A stretch of DNA of 63,419 nucleotides, filler included, from Octopus bimaculoides (lineage: Eukaryota): NCBI RefSeq assembly GCF_001194135.2. It is 4 parts of 4 records of this genome, joined end to end, with 100 filler letters (N's around TTAATTAATTAA, not from the genome) between each part and the next. Parts side by side here need not be neighbours in the genome. Positions count along the whole stretch, not along the records: positions 24,807 to 46,933 come from NC_068981.1; positions 47,034 to 61,963 come from NC_068997.1; 2 more parts are not named here. One strand, 5' to 3'. The notes under the pieces were generated by a model. The model had not been told where the DNA came from. It was given only the letters and a program-made list of their open reading frames with translations, and searched no databases. This document shows positions 34,815 through 48,885 of this stretch, one piece after another. The stretch's first letter is position 1. Every line of letters begins with the position of its first letter. Made by a program: the position numbers and the translations under genes.

Positions 34815-35230
34815 TCATCATCATCATCATCATCATCATTTAACGTCCGCTTTCCATGCTAGCATGGGTTGGACGATTTGACTGGGGACTGGCGAAGTGG
34901 ATGGCTACACCAGACTCCAATCTGATCTGGCAGAGTTTCTACAGATGGATGCCCTTCCTAATGCCAGCCATTCCGAGAATGTAGTGGGTGCTTTTTATGT
35001 GCCACCGGCACGAGGGCCAGTCTCACCGTACTGGCAATGGCCACACTCAAATGGTGTTTTTTATGTGCCACCTGCACAGGAGTCAGTCCAATGTTTTGTT
35101 CATATGCCACTGGCACAAGTACCAGTAAGGCGAAGCTGGAAACGATCACGCTCAAATGGTGCCTTTTAAGTGCCACTGGCATGGGAGTTAAACCGCTGCT
35201 CTGGCAGAGATCCCACTCGGATGGTGCTGT
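34815..35230 (-). mobile_element. RTE 3'UTR fragment
   Basis: (CAT)n tail plus the shared 3'UTR sequence. Confidence 0.88.
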
Positions 35231-35246
35231 TTATGCTCCATCCATA

Positions 35247-35290
<44 letters not shown>

Positions 35291-35541
35291 AACACACAAA
35301 CGCATGCATAAACACGCATACACATACTCACACACAACTGGCTTCATTCAGTTTCCATCTACAAACAAAATTAATTAAGAAGATTATTTCAGGGTAAAGT
35401 AGAAAAGTAGAAGATGTTTGCCCAAGGTACCAGGCAGTGGGACAGAAACTAAAACCATCTGGTTTGAAATCAAGCTTCTTAAACACAGAGCCAAGCCTGC
35501 ACCTATATATGTGTATCTAAGTCTTTACACCCACAAACACC

Positions 35542-35581
<40 letters not shown>

Positions 35582-36108
35582 CACACACACACACGCATGC
35601 ACACACACATACACACACACACACATGCATACACTTACTCACTAACACGCATACACACATGCAAATAAATATCCATTACACGAAAATAATGGATATGGTA
35701 CATAGAATGAAGAACGATCAAGGCTCTTGGAGTTCTGTGATGCAAATGACCCAACCATTTCTAGAAACCAAACCAGCTTCCACTCAGATAAACGCACAAA
35801 CCAAATAACCTTGACACTCACCAGGAAATAGACATGAAAGATCACAGAAAAACTTTACATGTTCTGTGTTTGGAATTTTAAGTATTGCTGTTGTGGATCA
35901 TCGACTGCTTCGTTTATAATACATAACCAATACAGGATGTACTTAGTGCTCTTTTATTCTCTTTGTACACATATTCTCTTTGTACACACATGCTTGTGTG
36001 TGTGTATGAGTGTGTGAAAGAGAGAGTGTGTGTGTGTGTGTGTGTGTGTGCTAAGTTACAGGGCATAAATGTAGGTATGTACATAAGCAGGCATGAATAA
36101 ACATACAT

Positions 36109-36152
<44 letters not shown>

Positions 36153-37206
36153 GATCATTGCTTCACCTTGTCAAATGATGGGTGTCTCACATTCAAATAA
36201 TGGTGAGGCATCTCTCTGTCCCCACAGTAGGTTCCAATGCTTTATGTTAGAGTAAACCCTTCTCCACGGTTTTGTCAAAAATAATGGGAGCATCTTTTGC
36301 ACTTAGGAAATCTATTTAAGCCATAGACGGGACCCTGACAGGTACTACTGCTCTGGGTCAGAATGGAGGTGGGAGTAATGGTAATTAAGGGGTGAGTCCA
36401 TGCTCCCCCACAACTCCAGGTACCCTAAACTGGAGCTTTGCCAGTGAATGCAGTTTAACATCCCAACCCAGGACATATACATATATATGCACACACACAC
36501 ACACACACAGATATATATATATATATATATATANNNNNNNNNNNNNNNNNNNNNNNNNNNNNNNNNNNNNNNNNNNNNNNNNNNNNNNNNNNNNNNNNNN
36601 NNNNNNNNNNNNNNNNNNNNNNNNNNNNNNNNNNNNNNNNNNNNNNNNNNNNNNNNNNNNNNNNNNNNNNNNNNNNNNNNNNNNNNNNNNNNNNNNNNNN
36701 NNNNNNNNNNNNNNNNNNNNNNNNNNNNNNNNNNNNNNNNNNNNNNNNNNNNNNNNNNNNNNNNNNNNNNNNNNNNNNNNNNNNNNNNNNNNNNNNNNNN
36801 NNNNNNNNNNNNNNNNNNNNNNNNNNNNNNNNNNNNNNNNNNNNNNNNNNNNNNNNNNNNNNNNNNNNNNNNNNNNNNNNNNNNNNNNNNNNNNNNNNNN
36901 NNNNNNNNNNNNNNNNNNNNNNNNNNNNNNNNNNNNNNNNNNNNNNNNNNNNNNNNNNNNNNNNNNNNNNNNNNNNNNNNNNNNNNNNNNNNNNNNNNNN
37001 NNNNNNNNNNNNNNNNNNNNNNNNNNNNNNNNNNNNNNNNNNNNNNNNNNNNNNNNNNNNNNNNNNNNNNNNNNNNNNNNNNNNNNNNNNNNNNNNNNNN
37101 NNNNNNNNNNNNNNNNNNNNNNNNNNNNNNNNNNNNNNNNNNNNNNNNNNNNNNNNNNNNNNNNNNNNNNNNNNNNNNNNNNNNNNNNNNNNNNNNNNNN
37201 NNNNNN

Positions 37207-37264
<58 letters not shown>

Positions 37265-37969
37265 TGAGAGAGAGATGTAGTATCAAAAGAATGGTGAATT
37301 GAATATCAAGAGTTTTAGTATTATACTTCATTACAGCCTTGAACAGTTAGAAACAGATTGATTGATAGAGTGATGAGAGGTTATCACATGGAAAGCAGAT
37401 GGAGACTTACAGCGTTACCACCATTTAATATATGTTTCAGTACACTTGCCTGAGGGGGTCAAGTGTTCTCCGATACTGTTTGTCACCAACAAACATGTCC
37501 CTTTGTCATCTTCATAAGAAGAATCATCTCAACTTCAGTCCTCTTTCTTCCTAAAATTCCATTCACATTGAATACTTTTCCTTTCTTTACACATCTATGA
37601 TCTTCCATATGCATCACATTTCCATACCAGTGCAGCATTCTCTCCTGCAGACTATGTCTAATTCCTCTTATTTCCATTTTTCTCTCAGCTCATTTATACT
37701 CTCATACTCACTAGTATTATACATTCATTGAACCAAGCTCACCCCTTTTCTTTCTAATTTTCACAAAACATTTTCCAGGACCAATTTTCATTCCTATTGT
37801 CACAGTTTATATACAAGCATATAACCTGCTGATCACTCTGTGAGAAAACACCTGAAAAAACATATCTCACTTTTACTCTGTCTACTTATGCTTTCTGTTC
37901 ACCTAGTTTGGGTGCTAATTAAGTCATCAAGGTAGCAAAATCTTTAAACTATTTTACTGATTTTTTGAG

Positions 37970-38120
37970 CTAGTAGTAAGTAGCTTGCTTACGAACCACA
38001 TGGTTCTAGGTTCAGTCCCACTGCATGACACCTTGGGCAAGTGTCTTCTAATATAGCCTCGTGCCAACCAAAGCCTTGTGAGTAGATTTGGTAGACAGAA
38101 ACTGAAGGAAGCCCATCGTA

Positions 38121-38165
<45 letters not shown>

Positions 38166-38530
38166 TTGAGTATATATAAAGGGTAGCAAAACTATACAAA
38201 ATTTTACTACCAGTGGCCTAGCTTGTAGAAATTGCCTGCTATAGGTAATTTCTCTTAGATTTTATATTGTATATATATATAGATATATATATATATATAT
38301 ATGTATGTGTGTATGTGTATGTGTGCCTGTGTTTGTCTCCCCAACATCGCTTGACAACTGATGCTGGTGTGTTTACATCCCCGTAACTTAGCAGTTCGGC
38401 AAAAGAGACCGATAGAATAAGTACTAGGCTTACAAAAAATAAGTCCTGGGGTCGATTTGCTCGACTACAGGTGGTGCTCCAGCATGGCCACAGTCAAATG
38501 ACTGAAACAAGTAAAAGAGTAAAAGAGAGT
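37970..38530 (+). mobile_element. SINE family A split by (TA)n and a short insert
   Basis: Head 37970-38120, body 38290-38530. Confidence 0.85.
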
Positions 38531-39182
38531 TTATTTCATATGTATTCTTATTACTAAATACTTCTGTACATCTTCCTCATACAAAGTCTACCTTCACTGA
38601 TATCCTGCCTGTGGTTCCACTGCACGTCTTGTGCATCCATATTTGTCACTGAGTACCCTACTAGTTTCACCAATATCTTCATTTCTTCCCAGCTTCACTC
38701 CAATCATCCCAACTGTTTTATCTAAAATGTGAGTAACAATGTTGCCTTTCCAGAGCAAGAAACTGTTCTGCTCTGGCCCCATATCTCAAACTTTAACCCC
38801 TCAATCCCATGAATAAAGCAGTCTCCTTCATTGTCTTGCAAGCACCATGGCAACTTCATAGTATATGCTCTAAAGCATCTGGCTTTAAGAAGGGTAAACA
38901 GCCACAGAAGCCATACCAAAGGAGATAGTACAGCACGATGCAGTTCTTGGACATGCTGGTTCTTGCGAAACCATTTAACCCATGCCAGCATGAAACATAG
39001 ACATTAAATGATGATGATTATGATGATGATGATGATGATGATATATATAATTAAATACACATTTTTCTCTGCACTAAAATAATTTGAGTACATTTTCTTA
39101 ATAATAGCCCTCTAATTCCTGAACTAACGCAATATATCTATATACATACACATACATACACACATACACACTCACATATATA

Positions 39183-39225
<43 letters not shown>

Positions 39226-39959
39226 ATATACACATGTGCTCGCACATGTATATATTCATAAATTTATAGATAATACCTATCTACATAAATGCGTATTATG
39301 TATGTATATATATGCATGTATGTATGTACGTATGTATGTAGGTAGGTACGTATGTATGTAGGTAGGTACGTATGTATGTGTGTATGTCTGCACAGAGTGC
39401 TTAGAAGGGGTTGTACATTAAAACCATGTAATGTTCTTAATCTAAGTCATATTTCTATTACATTGCCTTTTGAATTAAAAAAATATATATATACACGGAA
39501 TAACATTAAATGTAATAAAATTACTTAAAATATTTTACAATGTTAAGTAAAATGGATTTAGAAATAAGTCAAAACACTTTTTCATTTTTTTTTTCATTTT
39601 TTTTTGCGGAAAATAAAAATTAAATATGAAGACTTACAGTCAAAAGGTTAAAAAGTCCGCTATATGAATTTCAAGTTCATAGGTTCAAATACATTGTGAG
39701 ACACATTGGGTAAGTTTCTTCTGGTTGACTAATACCATGAAAGAGAAATTTGGTAGAAGGGAAACTGTGGGGGAAGCCTATCATATATAAAATTACATGG
39801 GTTCAGTCCCTTTCTGTGATATCTTGGGCAAGGGTCTTCTACTATAACCTTGGGCTGACTAATGTTTGTGGGTGGATTTGGTAGATGGAAACTGTGTGGA
39901 AGTCTGTTGTGTGCATTGTATGTGAATGTGTGTATGTGTGTGTGTATGTGTGTGTATAC

Positions 39960-40370
39960 TCTTTACTCTTTTATTCTTTTACTTGTTTCAGTGATTTGAC
40001 TGCGACCAGGCTGGAGTACTGCCTTTTAGTTGAGCAAATCAACCCCAGGACTTATTCTTTGTAAGCCTAGTACTTATTCTATCGGTCTCTTGTGCCGAAC
40101 CGCTAAGTGACAGGGACGTAAACACACCAGCATCGGTTGTCAAGCGATGTTGGGGGGACAAACACAGACACACAAACATATACACACACATACACACATA
40201 TATATGCATATATACGAGCTTCTTTCAGTTTCCATCTACCAAATCCACTCACAAGGCTTTGGTCGGTCCGAGGCTATAGTAGAAAACACTTGCCCAAGGT
40301 ACCACGCAGTGGGACTGAACCCAGAACCATGTGGTTGGTAAGCAAGCTACTTACCACACAGCCACTCCTG
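39960..40370 (-). mobile_element. SINE family A, full length, minus strand
   Basis: Reverse complement of the copies at 31915 and 45365, from ...cacacagccactcctg to tail tactcttttattcttttacttgtttcag. Confidence 0.9.
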
Positions 40371-41095
40371 CTCCTTTATGTTTATGTTCTTCCTTGCTGC
40401 TTGACAACTAATGGTGATTTATTTATGAGAGACAGCAACAGAGAGACACAGGTAGACAAACAGACACAGACAGACAGAGTCACAGACAGACAGAGACACA
40501 GACAGACAGAGACACAGACTGACAGACAGAAAGTGTGTGTGTAGATTATAAATAGCATGTATGAGGGTCAGAAAGGAAATGATTTAAATTTGCAATTGCC
40601 AATATTCATCGATGGATGATTAGTTCTTTTAATTAATTTTAATTGTAATTTCTGGAGAGTATAAACTTGTGATACTCATGCCTTTCCTAAGAATGTATTA
40701 TTAGCCGAATGAAAAAAAAAAATTATTTGATAGAAGTTTACAATTTATTTTGGCATTTCTCAGCTATCCCAGTGTATTACTGGTACTGTTAATGAACTGT
40801 GAATATATTGATTTTAGAACATAAAACACAAAATCCTAACTGCAGATATCATAAAGAGGCACTACTTAGAAAGTTGGCATCACAAAATACCGAAATAAAG
40901 TAAAATCTTTGATATCTCCGAGTTATATATTGCACTATTCTGAAGAATTTATATAGGAAACCTTTATATCGTATTCTACAAGGGAAATGTTAAAGGAAGG
41001 AGATGGTTATTTTTCCTGTTCCACCCATAAGATACCAGAATAAAATAATTATGGTGATTTTCTTCACTCAGTTTTCAGTTGCTATGGTAACGTAC

Positions 41096-41179
41096 CGGCA
41101 GCACTATTGACTGTTTGGCAGATGAATTCTTGAAGAAGCACTTGGACAGAGAACAGTCAAAAGAACATTGAATAAAATT
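41096..41179 (-). CDS. Tentative TRPM exon (phase 0 to 0): NFIQCSFDCSLSKCFFKNSSAKQSIVLP
   Basis: Acceptor ctttgatatag|, donor |gtacgt, phase-compatible with 44418; no recognisable motif. Confidence 0.35.
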
Positions 41180-41454
41180 CTATATCAAAGATTTTATGGT
41201 AATGATTAGTTTCCTGACAAACTCAACCATTAAAGAAACCTTCTATATGGCAATTTGACCTTTTTTTTTTGTTATCTTTTTTTCTTTTTTTTTTTTGCCT
41301 CTATGAATTCCTCCAGTTGTGCTGTAGGTGTTTGTACTGTTAGCTTAATAGTAATACTGTTTCTAAAACCTGATGTTTGGAGCTCAGCACTGACTTAGCT
41401 TAGTTTGTTACTTCTAAAATATTGAAGATTATAAGAAGTATTAGATAGTATACA

Positions 41455-41800
41455 CAGGCGTGGCTGTGTGGTAAGAAGCTCACTTCCCAACCCCGTGGTT
41501 CTGAGTTCAGTCCCACAGCACAGCACCTTCAGCAAGTGTCTTCCACTAAAGCCTCAGATTAACCAAAGAAACTGAAAGAACCTTGTCATATACTTAAATA
41601 TGTGTGTGTGTGTGTGTTTGTGTTTGTCCCCGTTTCTCACTCAACAAATGGTGTCGGTGTGTTTACATCCCTGTATCACAGTGGTTCAGCAAAAAATACC
41701 AATAGAATAAGTAACAGGCTTAAAAAAAATTTGACTAAAAATTCTTCAAGGTGGTGCCCCAGCATGGCCACATTCTAATGATTGAAACAAGTAAATGAAA
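41455..41800 (+). mobile_element. SINE family A, diverged
   Basis: acaggcgtggctgtgtggtaagaag...gagttcagtccc. Confidence 0.8.
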
Positions 41801-42168
41801 GATAGTAAGGTAAATAATACAGCAGTGAATAGGCCATCCTGGTACAGTCATATTGTTGCTATCGTTTTTGTTTAGCCCCTGGTCATCCACAACGAGACCT
41901 ATGATCAAAAGAATTTCAGCTGTGACTGTTATACCTGCATTTCCAACACACATTATATCCAGCATACGTTTTTTCAGGTAAGGTGTGATTTGAGGGAAGT
42001 TTGCTGCTATTTCCAGCAGGTTGAGTGGGCTCAGACAAGTTGCAGTAATGGCATGTGGTTATATGATGAAAGTGGAAGGTGGCAAGAGACAAACCTATAC
42101 TCAAAAAATGTACCAACTATGACCAACCCTTCGATTTTCAGATACAGCATTCACACACACACACACGA

Positions 42169-42226
<58 letters not shown>

Positions 42227-42357
42227 ACGCATTATTTAACTGAGGGTTGTTTATCACTTTCGATCATGTACATACATTGATGTGTGTGTGTGTGTGTGTA
42301 TGTGTGCGAGTGCATGTCTGTGTGTGCATGTGAATGTGCATGCGGGCGTGTGTGTGT

Positions 42358-42404
<47 letters not shown>

Positions 42405-42739
42405 CGCGCATGTGTATGCGCGCGCGCGAATATTTTTATCCAATACATTCATTTGTTTGTGAAAAAGCAGGATGAAATTTAAGGGAGACTTCCTTGCTAT
42501 TACTAGGAGGTCATACAATTTCATGGTGGGTTTCTTATTTTCTCTTTATCTTTTCATTCTTGATGTCTGCAAGTATTTTACAAACTTTTATAGTCTGTTA
42601 CTTTTAGGTTGCATCATCATTGTGTCCTCCAATTTTTTAAACAGATTACATTTTGATTTGAGTCACTATTTGACTGTTATTTCCTGCAGGATGAATGACC
42701 ATGTATGGGATCCCTCATAAGCATGTAATTATTTCTACC

Positions 42740-42945
42740 GGAAGCACAAGACCTCAAATTTTGAGGGAAAGGGATTGAATCGATTACATCGGACCCCATT
42801 GCGTAACTGGTACTCATTTAATTGACTCCGAAAGGATGAAAGGCAAAGTCGACCTCGGTGGAATTTGAACTCAAAATGTAGCGGCAGACGAAATACCACA
42901 AAACAATTCGCCCAACATTCTAATGATTCTGTCAGCTCATTGCTT
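42740..42945 (-). mobile_element. SINE family B (Nin/Deu-like core)
   Basis: cgaaaggatgaaaggcaaagtcgacctcggtggaatttgaactc is the reverse complement of the core plus B-box. Confidence 0.75.
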
Positions 42946-44119
42946 TCCTCATAAGCATGTAATGAGATTAGCAGTAGGTGATAAGGACATGTAATAGCTG
43001 GAAATTGCACCTGTTATTGAGGTAAGTTATGGTTGTGTGGTAGTGTGATACTAGCAACACTAATAGAAGATGATGGTGATATGACCTTGTGATGGCAGTT
43101 AGAGTAGAAGAAGGTGAATTTAGTATGGACGTGTGTTGGCTGTGTATGATATTGCTTAAATAGAGGATGAAGGAGGTATATGTCTTTTAAGTTATTGTTG
43201 TAGTGGTAGAAGTGGGAAAGTTGGAGAGAAGTGAATATGTCAAAAGAAGACTATAGAACGATGAGTTGTGAATCTTTACAATCTGCATATATGCAAGAAT
43301 TCTGGAATATTTGCATACGTAGCAGCATTGGAAGTGACAAGGTCATTAATATAGGGAAGGAATTGTGTGGAAGATATAACTGAACTCATAAGTACATCAG
43401 AGTTCATAAAATATATTTCAAAGAGAGAGGGTGGGAGAGAAATGGAGAGAGATGGGAGAGAGATTGGGAGAGAGAGAGGGAGAAAGGGAGAGAACTATGT
43501 CTGTACAAGTTTCATTGAAACAGTCTGGCAGCAAATTTTGTTAAACCTGATACTGTCAACTTGTAACTGTTCAAGAAGAACATTAACCATGTTAATCCCA
43601 GTTGGTCTTGAAGAGCTTGTGGAGACCACAATCATAGATCGTTCTTCAGGAAAATGGAAGATAAGACACGACCTATATCATGGTCATGTGATACCAGTAG
43701 ATGGTGGACAAAGCAGACACATAACGTAAACACAGCAATTGCAACAAAAGCCGCTGCAAAAACGGTAATCACAGCAATCATAATTGCAACCACCATATCA
43801 AACACCTGTCTTTGTAAGGTAATTAACTCTTTAACACCTGTTTCCTTCCATGTTAAATGAATTTGACTGTCTCCATCTCTCTCTCCCCCTCCCCGTCTNN
43901 NNNNNNNNNNNNNNNNNNNNNNNNNNNNNNNNNNNNNNNNNNNNNNNNNNNNNNNNNNNNNNNNNNNNNNNNNNNNNNNNNNNNNNNNNNNNNNNNNNNN
44001 NNNNNNNNNNNNNNNNNNNNNNNNNNNNNNNNNNNNNNNNNNNNATATATATATGTATACATATATATGTATGTATATATGTATATATACATATGTATAT
44101 ATGCATGTATGTATATATG

Positions 44120-44202
<83 letters not shown>

Positions 44203-44417
44203 TGTGGATGTACGTGCGCACACACACACACACACACATATATGTTCAAAGTTAGCCAGAATTATAACAATTTAAAAAATTTCTGTCATTTTATAGTAAA
44301 ATAAATATTCGGTTAAAAAAAAAACATGGCGCTAAAACAAAAGCTATAAACAAAAGTTTTATTATACCCTTACCGCAAATCTTCCCCCAATCTCCCTCCT
44401 TCTTCTACAGATCTTAC

Positions 44418-44545
44418 CTTCCTACAGCTAATAATAATGTTTTCTGTCTTTGGCTCATGGTCAAAATATTTTACAAAGAAGTGGGTAGTGTTCAATGGAA
44501 TGAAATCGTAGTACATTATTAATACATATTTTATATTATTGACCT
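44418..44545 (-). CDS. Tentative TRPM exon (phase 1 to 0): (K)VNNIKYVLIMYYDFIPLNTTHFFVKYFDHEPKTENIIISCRK
   Basis: Strong acceptor cctttgcctttcatttcttcag|, donor |gtaaga, only one open frame. Confidence 0.55.
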
Positions 44546-44616
44546 CTGAAGAAATGAAAGGCAAAGGTCACTGCAGCAGTATTTGAAATTGGAACATAAA
44601 GAGATGTAATAATTAC

Positions 44617-44742
44617 TGCAAGGCATTTTCTCTGGTGCTCTACTGGTTTTGACATTCCATCTATAAAACATGGTAGTAAAAATATTACAAAAGTCCATAA
44701 CTTTTTTTATGTCTGAGATTCCGATTGCACGATGAAATAAAA
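44617..44742 (-). CDS. Tentative TRPM exon (phase 1 to 1): LFHRAIGISDIKKVMDFCNIFTTMFYRWNVKTSRAPEKMPC
   Basis: Acceptor ctgtttccag|, donor |gtaatt, 71-nt intron to the next exon. ISDIKKVMDF resembles the TRPM MHR3 L.DIG.VIEY motif. Confidence 0.5.
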
Positions 44743-45250
44743 CTGGAAACAGTGTACTATTTTTGGTGAAATTTCTCTCTGTATGTATATATATATGTGT
44801 GTATCTGTGTATATATATGTGTGTGTGTGTGTGAGTGTGTGTGTGTGTGTGTATATACATTCATATATATACACACACTTAGTCTTAGCTGTCAGAATAA
44901 AAAGAGTACTCAGAACCATGGTATAAATTGATAATATATTTATTTTGGTTGAGTCAGGCTGTTGCTGCTCTAAATTTTACCTGTAGGTTCACAAAGGCTT
45001 AGGCACGTTATACCTGTTATACACAAGAAAAACAGAATTAGATTAAAATAGCCATCTATGCATCATACTTAATGCAAATATATCATTGAAAGGCAAATTA
45101 ACTGTAGGATTCGTCTATAGATAGTAACTCTTATGGGTATGCTGTGTTTCAAAGCACAATATCTATTGGAGGGAGAAAATCTTCCCAGTAGTAGTTAGTG
45201 AAAACTCAAGGCGTATTTCTGCATTGTTGAGCATTGTCAATACTATGTAC

Positions 45251-45344
45251 TTATAACCAGATACAGCTTTAAATGAAATTCGTCACAACTGATATATTCA
45301 CTGAAACCGGTGAATAACCATTCTGTGGTGTTACAAATAGCTAC
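45251..45344 (-). CDS. Tentative TRPM exon (phase 0 to 1): VAICNTTEWLFTGFSEYISCDEFHLKLYLVI
   Basis: Acceptor tttttattctgctag|, donor |gtacat, phase-compatible on both sides. Confidence 0.45.
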
Positions 45345-45364
45345 CTAGCAGAATAAAAATCATC

Positions 45365-45485
45365 TATCCGGTTCCGGGTTCAGTCCCACTGCGTGGCACC
45401 TTGGGCAAGTGTCTTCTACTATAGCCTCGGACCGACCAAAGCCTTGTGAGTGGATGTGGTAGACGGAAACTGAAAGAAGCCCGTC

Positions 45486-45571
<86 letters not shown>

Positions 45572-45800
45572 ATGTGTGTGTATATGTTTGTGTGTTTGTG
45601 TTTGTCCCAACATCGCTTGACAACCGATGCTGGTGTGTTTACGTCCCCGCAACTTAACGGTTCGGCAAAAGAAACCGATAGAATAAGTACTAGGCTTACA
45701 AAGAACAAGTCCTGGGGCCGATTTGCTCCACTAAAAAGGCGGTGCTCCAGCATGGCCACAGTCAAATAACTGAAACAAGTAGAAGAGTAAAAGAGTATTA
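45365..45800 (+). mobile_element. SINE family A with long internal (TA)n
   Basis: ggttccgggttcagtcccactgcgtggcaccttgggcaagtgtcttc...gaaacaagtagaagagt. Confidence 0.92.
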
Positions 45801-45855
45801 ACCTTAGGATAATTAAAGCCTTGTGAATAGATTTGGAAACTGAAAGAAGTCCATC

Positions 45856-45899
<44 letters not shown>

Positions 45900-45959
45900 G
45901 CGCAAGCGATTGTATATTTCTTGTTAAAAATGGTCTTACTGATGGTATTAAACAGGCTT

Positions 45960-46900
45960 CTTGACATGTTGTGCGATCTTTGTAAGCAAAAGTGTCATTC
46001 ATTCAAACGAATTGTCGATACATTTAGAAAGAATTTGGCTTCACTGTAACTTTTACCAACAACATAACCAAAACCGACTTCCTGGATGTTACCCTAAACC
46101 TTGAGAAAAGCAAGTATTACCTTTATAGAAAGTCTAATGAGGAACCTATTTATATTCATAGATAGTCCAACCACCCTCCCACCGTCAGCTACAATAAGAA
46201 ACCTAGTCACAGGCATCAATAAAAGAATCCCCAATCTATTGGTAGAAAGGTGTTCAGCAGGGCAGCAACCTACTTCCAAATCCTATGAAAATCAAAAAGT
46301 AAAACATAATCTGGCCTAATCCTCCATGCAATCAAGATTGTTTTCACTAATATAGCCAGCAGCTTAAGTATTTCTCAAGAACCCATATATATTATAAACT
46401 CTTTAATTCCCATTCTTAGATAATATCACTTTCATTTTTGCATGCTACAGCGGTACAAACATGCCTCCACGCAATCTTTATCCTGCAATTGCTTAAATTC
46501 TACCAACTGACCATTGCAGGAACGCTGCCTCTCAAAGGCTGTAGTATATACAGTACATCATCTCATGAGACCATATGGACATAACCACTAGAGTATTTAA
46601 GGGAAGAGACATGCAACAAAAGCATTTCCTTCATATGGAGGGACAGAGAAAACTCCACCAGATGGGGACTACAAGAATAACATCATACAAACTCTCTTGA
46701 CAGGACCTCCCCTTACTAAACTGAAACTCATACTTACGACCTCCACATCAATGAGAAACTGCTCATACGCCACCAGCTTGTGTATCCATAAATAAAAATA
46801 AATAACCTATTTTATTGCTGCCGCCTGAGATTTGCCTTGTAAATATACTTCAATCCACTGGTTCTTAGTAAATCAAATGCACTACCTCAGGGGTAGTTTC
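45960..46900 (+). mobile_element. Penelope-like retroelement remnant (RT C-terminus and GIY-YIG)
   Basis: KTDFLDVTLNL...YRKSNEEPIYIH..SNHPP..IRNL..GINKRI at 46070-46235; CLSKAVVY-like GIY-YIG start at ~46520. Confidence 0.85.
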
Positions 46901-46933
46901 GCTGACATATAAATTATTACTACTATATATATA

Positions 46934-47033
46934 NNNNNNNNNNNNNNNNNNNNNNNNNNNNNNNNNNNNNNNNNNNNTTAATTAATTAANNNNNNNNNNN
47001 NNNNNNNNNNNNNNNNNNNNNNNNNNNNNNNNN
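46934..47033. other. Artificial scaffold linker (N + TTAATTAATTAA + N)
   Basis: Same 100-bp construct as 24707-24806. Confidence 0.95.
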
Positions 47034-47457
47034 ATTTATTAGAATATTTAGCTGAAGATCAGAATAGAGTATTTTACTCTTAACTGTGAAACAATTGTAC
47101 TAAATTAACTAAAGGCAAGTGTTTTTTACTCTTCTCTACTGTTTTTTGTTCTGTGTGTATCAAAAATATCGCTATCAATCTGGAGTAATAATTTGTAGTT
47201 TTGAAATCAGTAGTTCTTTGACTGCTATTTCTGAATTCTCAGTATGTTGGAGAAGCAGGTTACTGTCAATCCCTATATATTTATGATTATAAATGTTTTT
47301 TACCGAAGAAGGTTTTTTTCATACTGAGCTACCCGGCAAAATTGTTGATTATTAATTTTATTACTAATTGACGATTCCCTGCCCTGCATATCTATATTTT
47401 AATATATATATATATATATATATATGTGTATGTATATGTCCGTACAACTCAACGGAC

Positions 47458-47524
<67 letters not shown>

Positions 47525-47949
47525 CATACATACATACGTATATATACATACATACATATTTTTTGTTGCCGTTATATATAGGGGAAGACTTAGATACTTA
47601 ATTATATATATATATATAAATCAGGATGGAAGATCATCTCACCAGGAACTTACGTTAATATTATGAGTACTCACCTCTTAATACGGATATCAATATCTTT
47701 TGGTAAAGCCACAAATGTTGTTGGAAATTAATAATCAATTGATTGTGGGCTGTAGTATGTTAGTAATGTTTACTTTATCAACCCTTGAATAGTGAAAGGT
47801 ACTGCAGGTTCACATGTAATAAATTGGTATTCTAGCCTGGGAGAGATTTATTACTTACATTTAACATCATGAAACAAATTCTAAACACTAGCCCTTAAAA
47901 TCTCTTAAGGGCTTAAAAAATGGGAGAAGGAGACTTACAGATTACTTAC

Positions 47950-48084
47950 CATTTTGAACAAGCTTTCAATATTGTTTTCAGTTAATAATTCTTTCAAGCT
48001 AACTCCATGTTTCATGAAAAGTTTCACAAAGTCAACACGATCTTCCCGCAGTGCAAATAACATAAAATTGTTCAAGGAACCAGT
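47950..48084 (-). CDS. TRPM: TRPM exon (MHR3; phase 0 to 0): TGSLNNFMLFALREDRVDFVKLFMKHGVSLKELLTENNIESLFKM
   Basis: Acceptor ttttgttaatttcag|, donor |gtaagt; conserved AL..DRVDFV.L....GV....LT....L motif. Confidence 0.93.
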
Positions 48085-48124
48085 CTGAAATTAACAAAAT
48101 AAAATTGTATTTTGAGGAGTGTTA

Positions 48125-48885
48125 CATCATCATCATCATCATCATCATCATCGTTTAACGTCCGCTTTCCATGCTAGCATGGGTTGGACGATTTGACTGA
48201 GGACTGGTGAAACCGGATGGCAACACCAGGCTCCAATCTAAATTTGGCAGAGTTTCTACAGCTGGATGCCCTTCCTAACGCCAACCACTCAGGGAGTGTA
48301 GTAGGTGCTTTTACGTGTCACCTGCACGAAGGCCAGTCAGGCGATACTGGTAATGGCCACGCTCGAAATGGTGTCTTTTATGTGCCACCCACACANNNNN
48401 NNNNNNNNNNNNNNNNNNNNNNNNNNNNNNNNNNNNNNNNNNNNNNNNNNNNNNNNNNNNNNNNNNNNNNNNNNNNNNNNNNNNNNNNNNNNNNNNNNNN
48501 NNNNNNNNNNNNNNNNNNNNNNNNNNNNNNNNNNNNNNNNNNNNNNNNNNTCGCCTCGGTGAGGCCCAATGTACGAAGGTCTTACCTCGCCACCTCAGCC
48601 CAGGTCTTCCTGGGCCTACCTCTTCCACGGGTTCCCTCAACTGTTAGGGTGTGGCACTTTTTCACGCAGCTATCCTCATCTATTCTCACCACATGTCCAT
48701 ACCAGCGCAATCGTCTCTCTTGCACACCACAACTGATGCTTCTAATGTTCAGCTTTTCTCTCAAGATACTTACACTCTGACGGGTATTCACATTGACATT
48801 ACACATCCAACGGAGCATACTGGCTTCATTCCTTGCGAGCTTACGCATGTCCTCAGCAGTCACAGCCCATGTTTCACTGCCATGG
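48125..48885 (-). mobile_element. RTE 3' end (ORF end plus 3'UTR)
   Basis: ORF 48582-48863 ...ERRLRWYGHVVR...GRGRPRKTW; (CAT)n tail. Confidence 0.93.

Noticed and set aside
41122-41172. Plus-strand terminal exon (D)EFLKKHLDREQSKEH*
   Set aside because: It is the antisense of the tentative minus-strand exon, and no partner plus-strand exons were found.
43367-43860. 120-aa and 68-aa plus ORFs and a hydrophobic minus-strand frame
   Set aside because: No recognisable domain or convincing splice sites; partly GA-rich low complexity, possibly an old LINE remnant.
46870-46905. Hammerhead at the end of the Penelope remnant (GAAACTACC-ctga-GGTAGT hairpin)
   Set aside because: No CUGAUGA/stem II upstream, and the would-be cleavage triplet ends in G.
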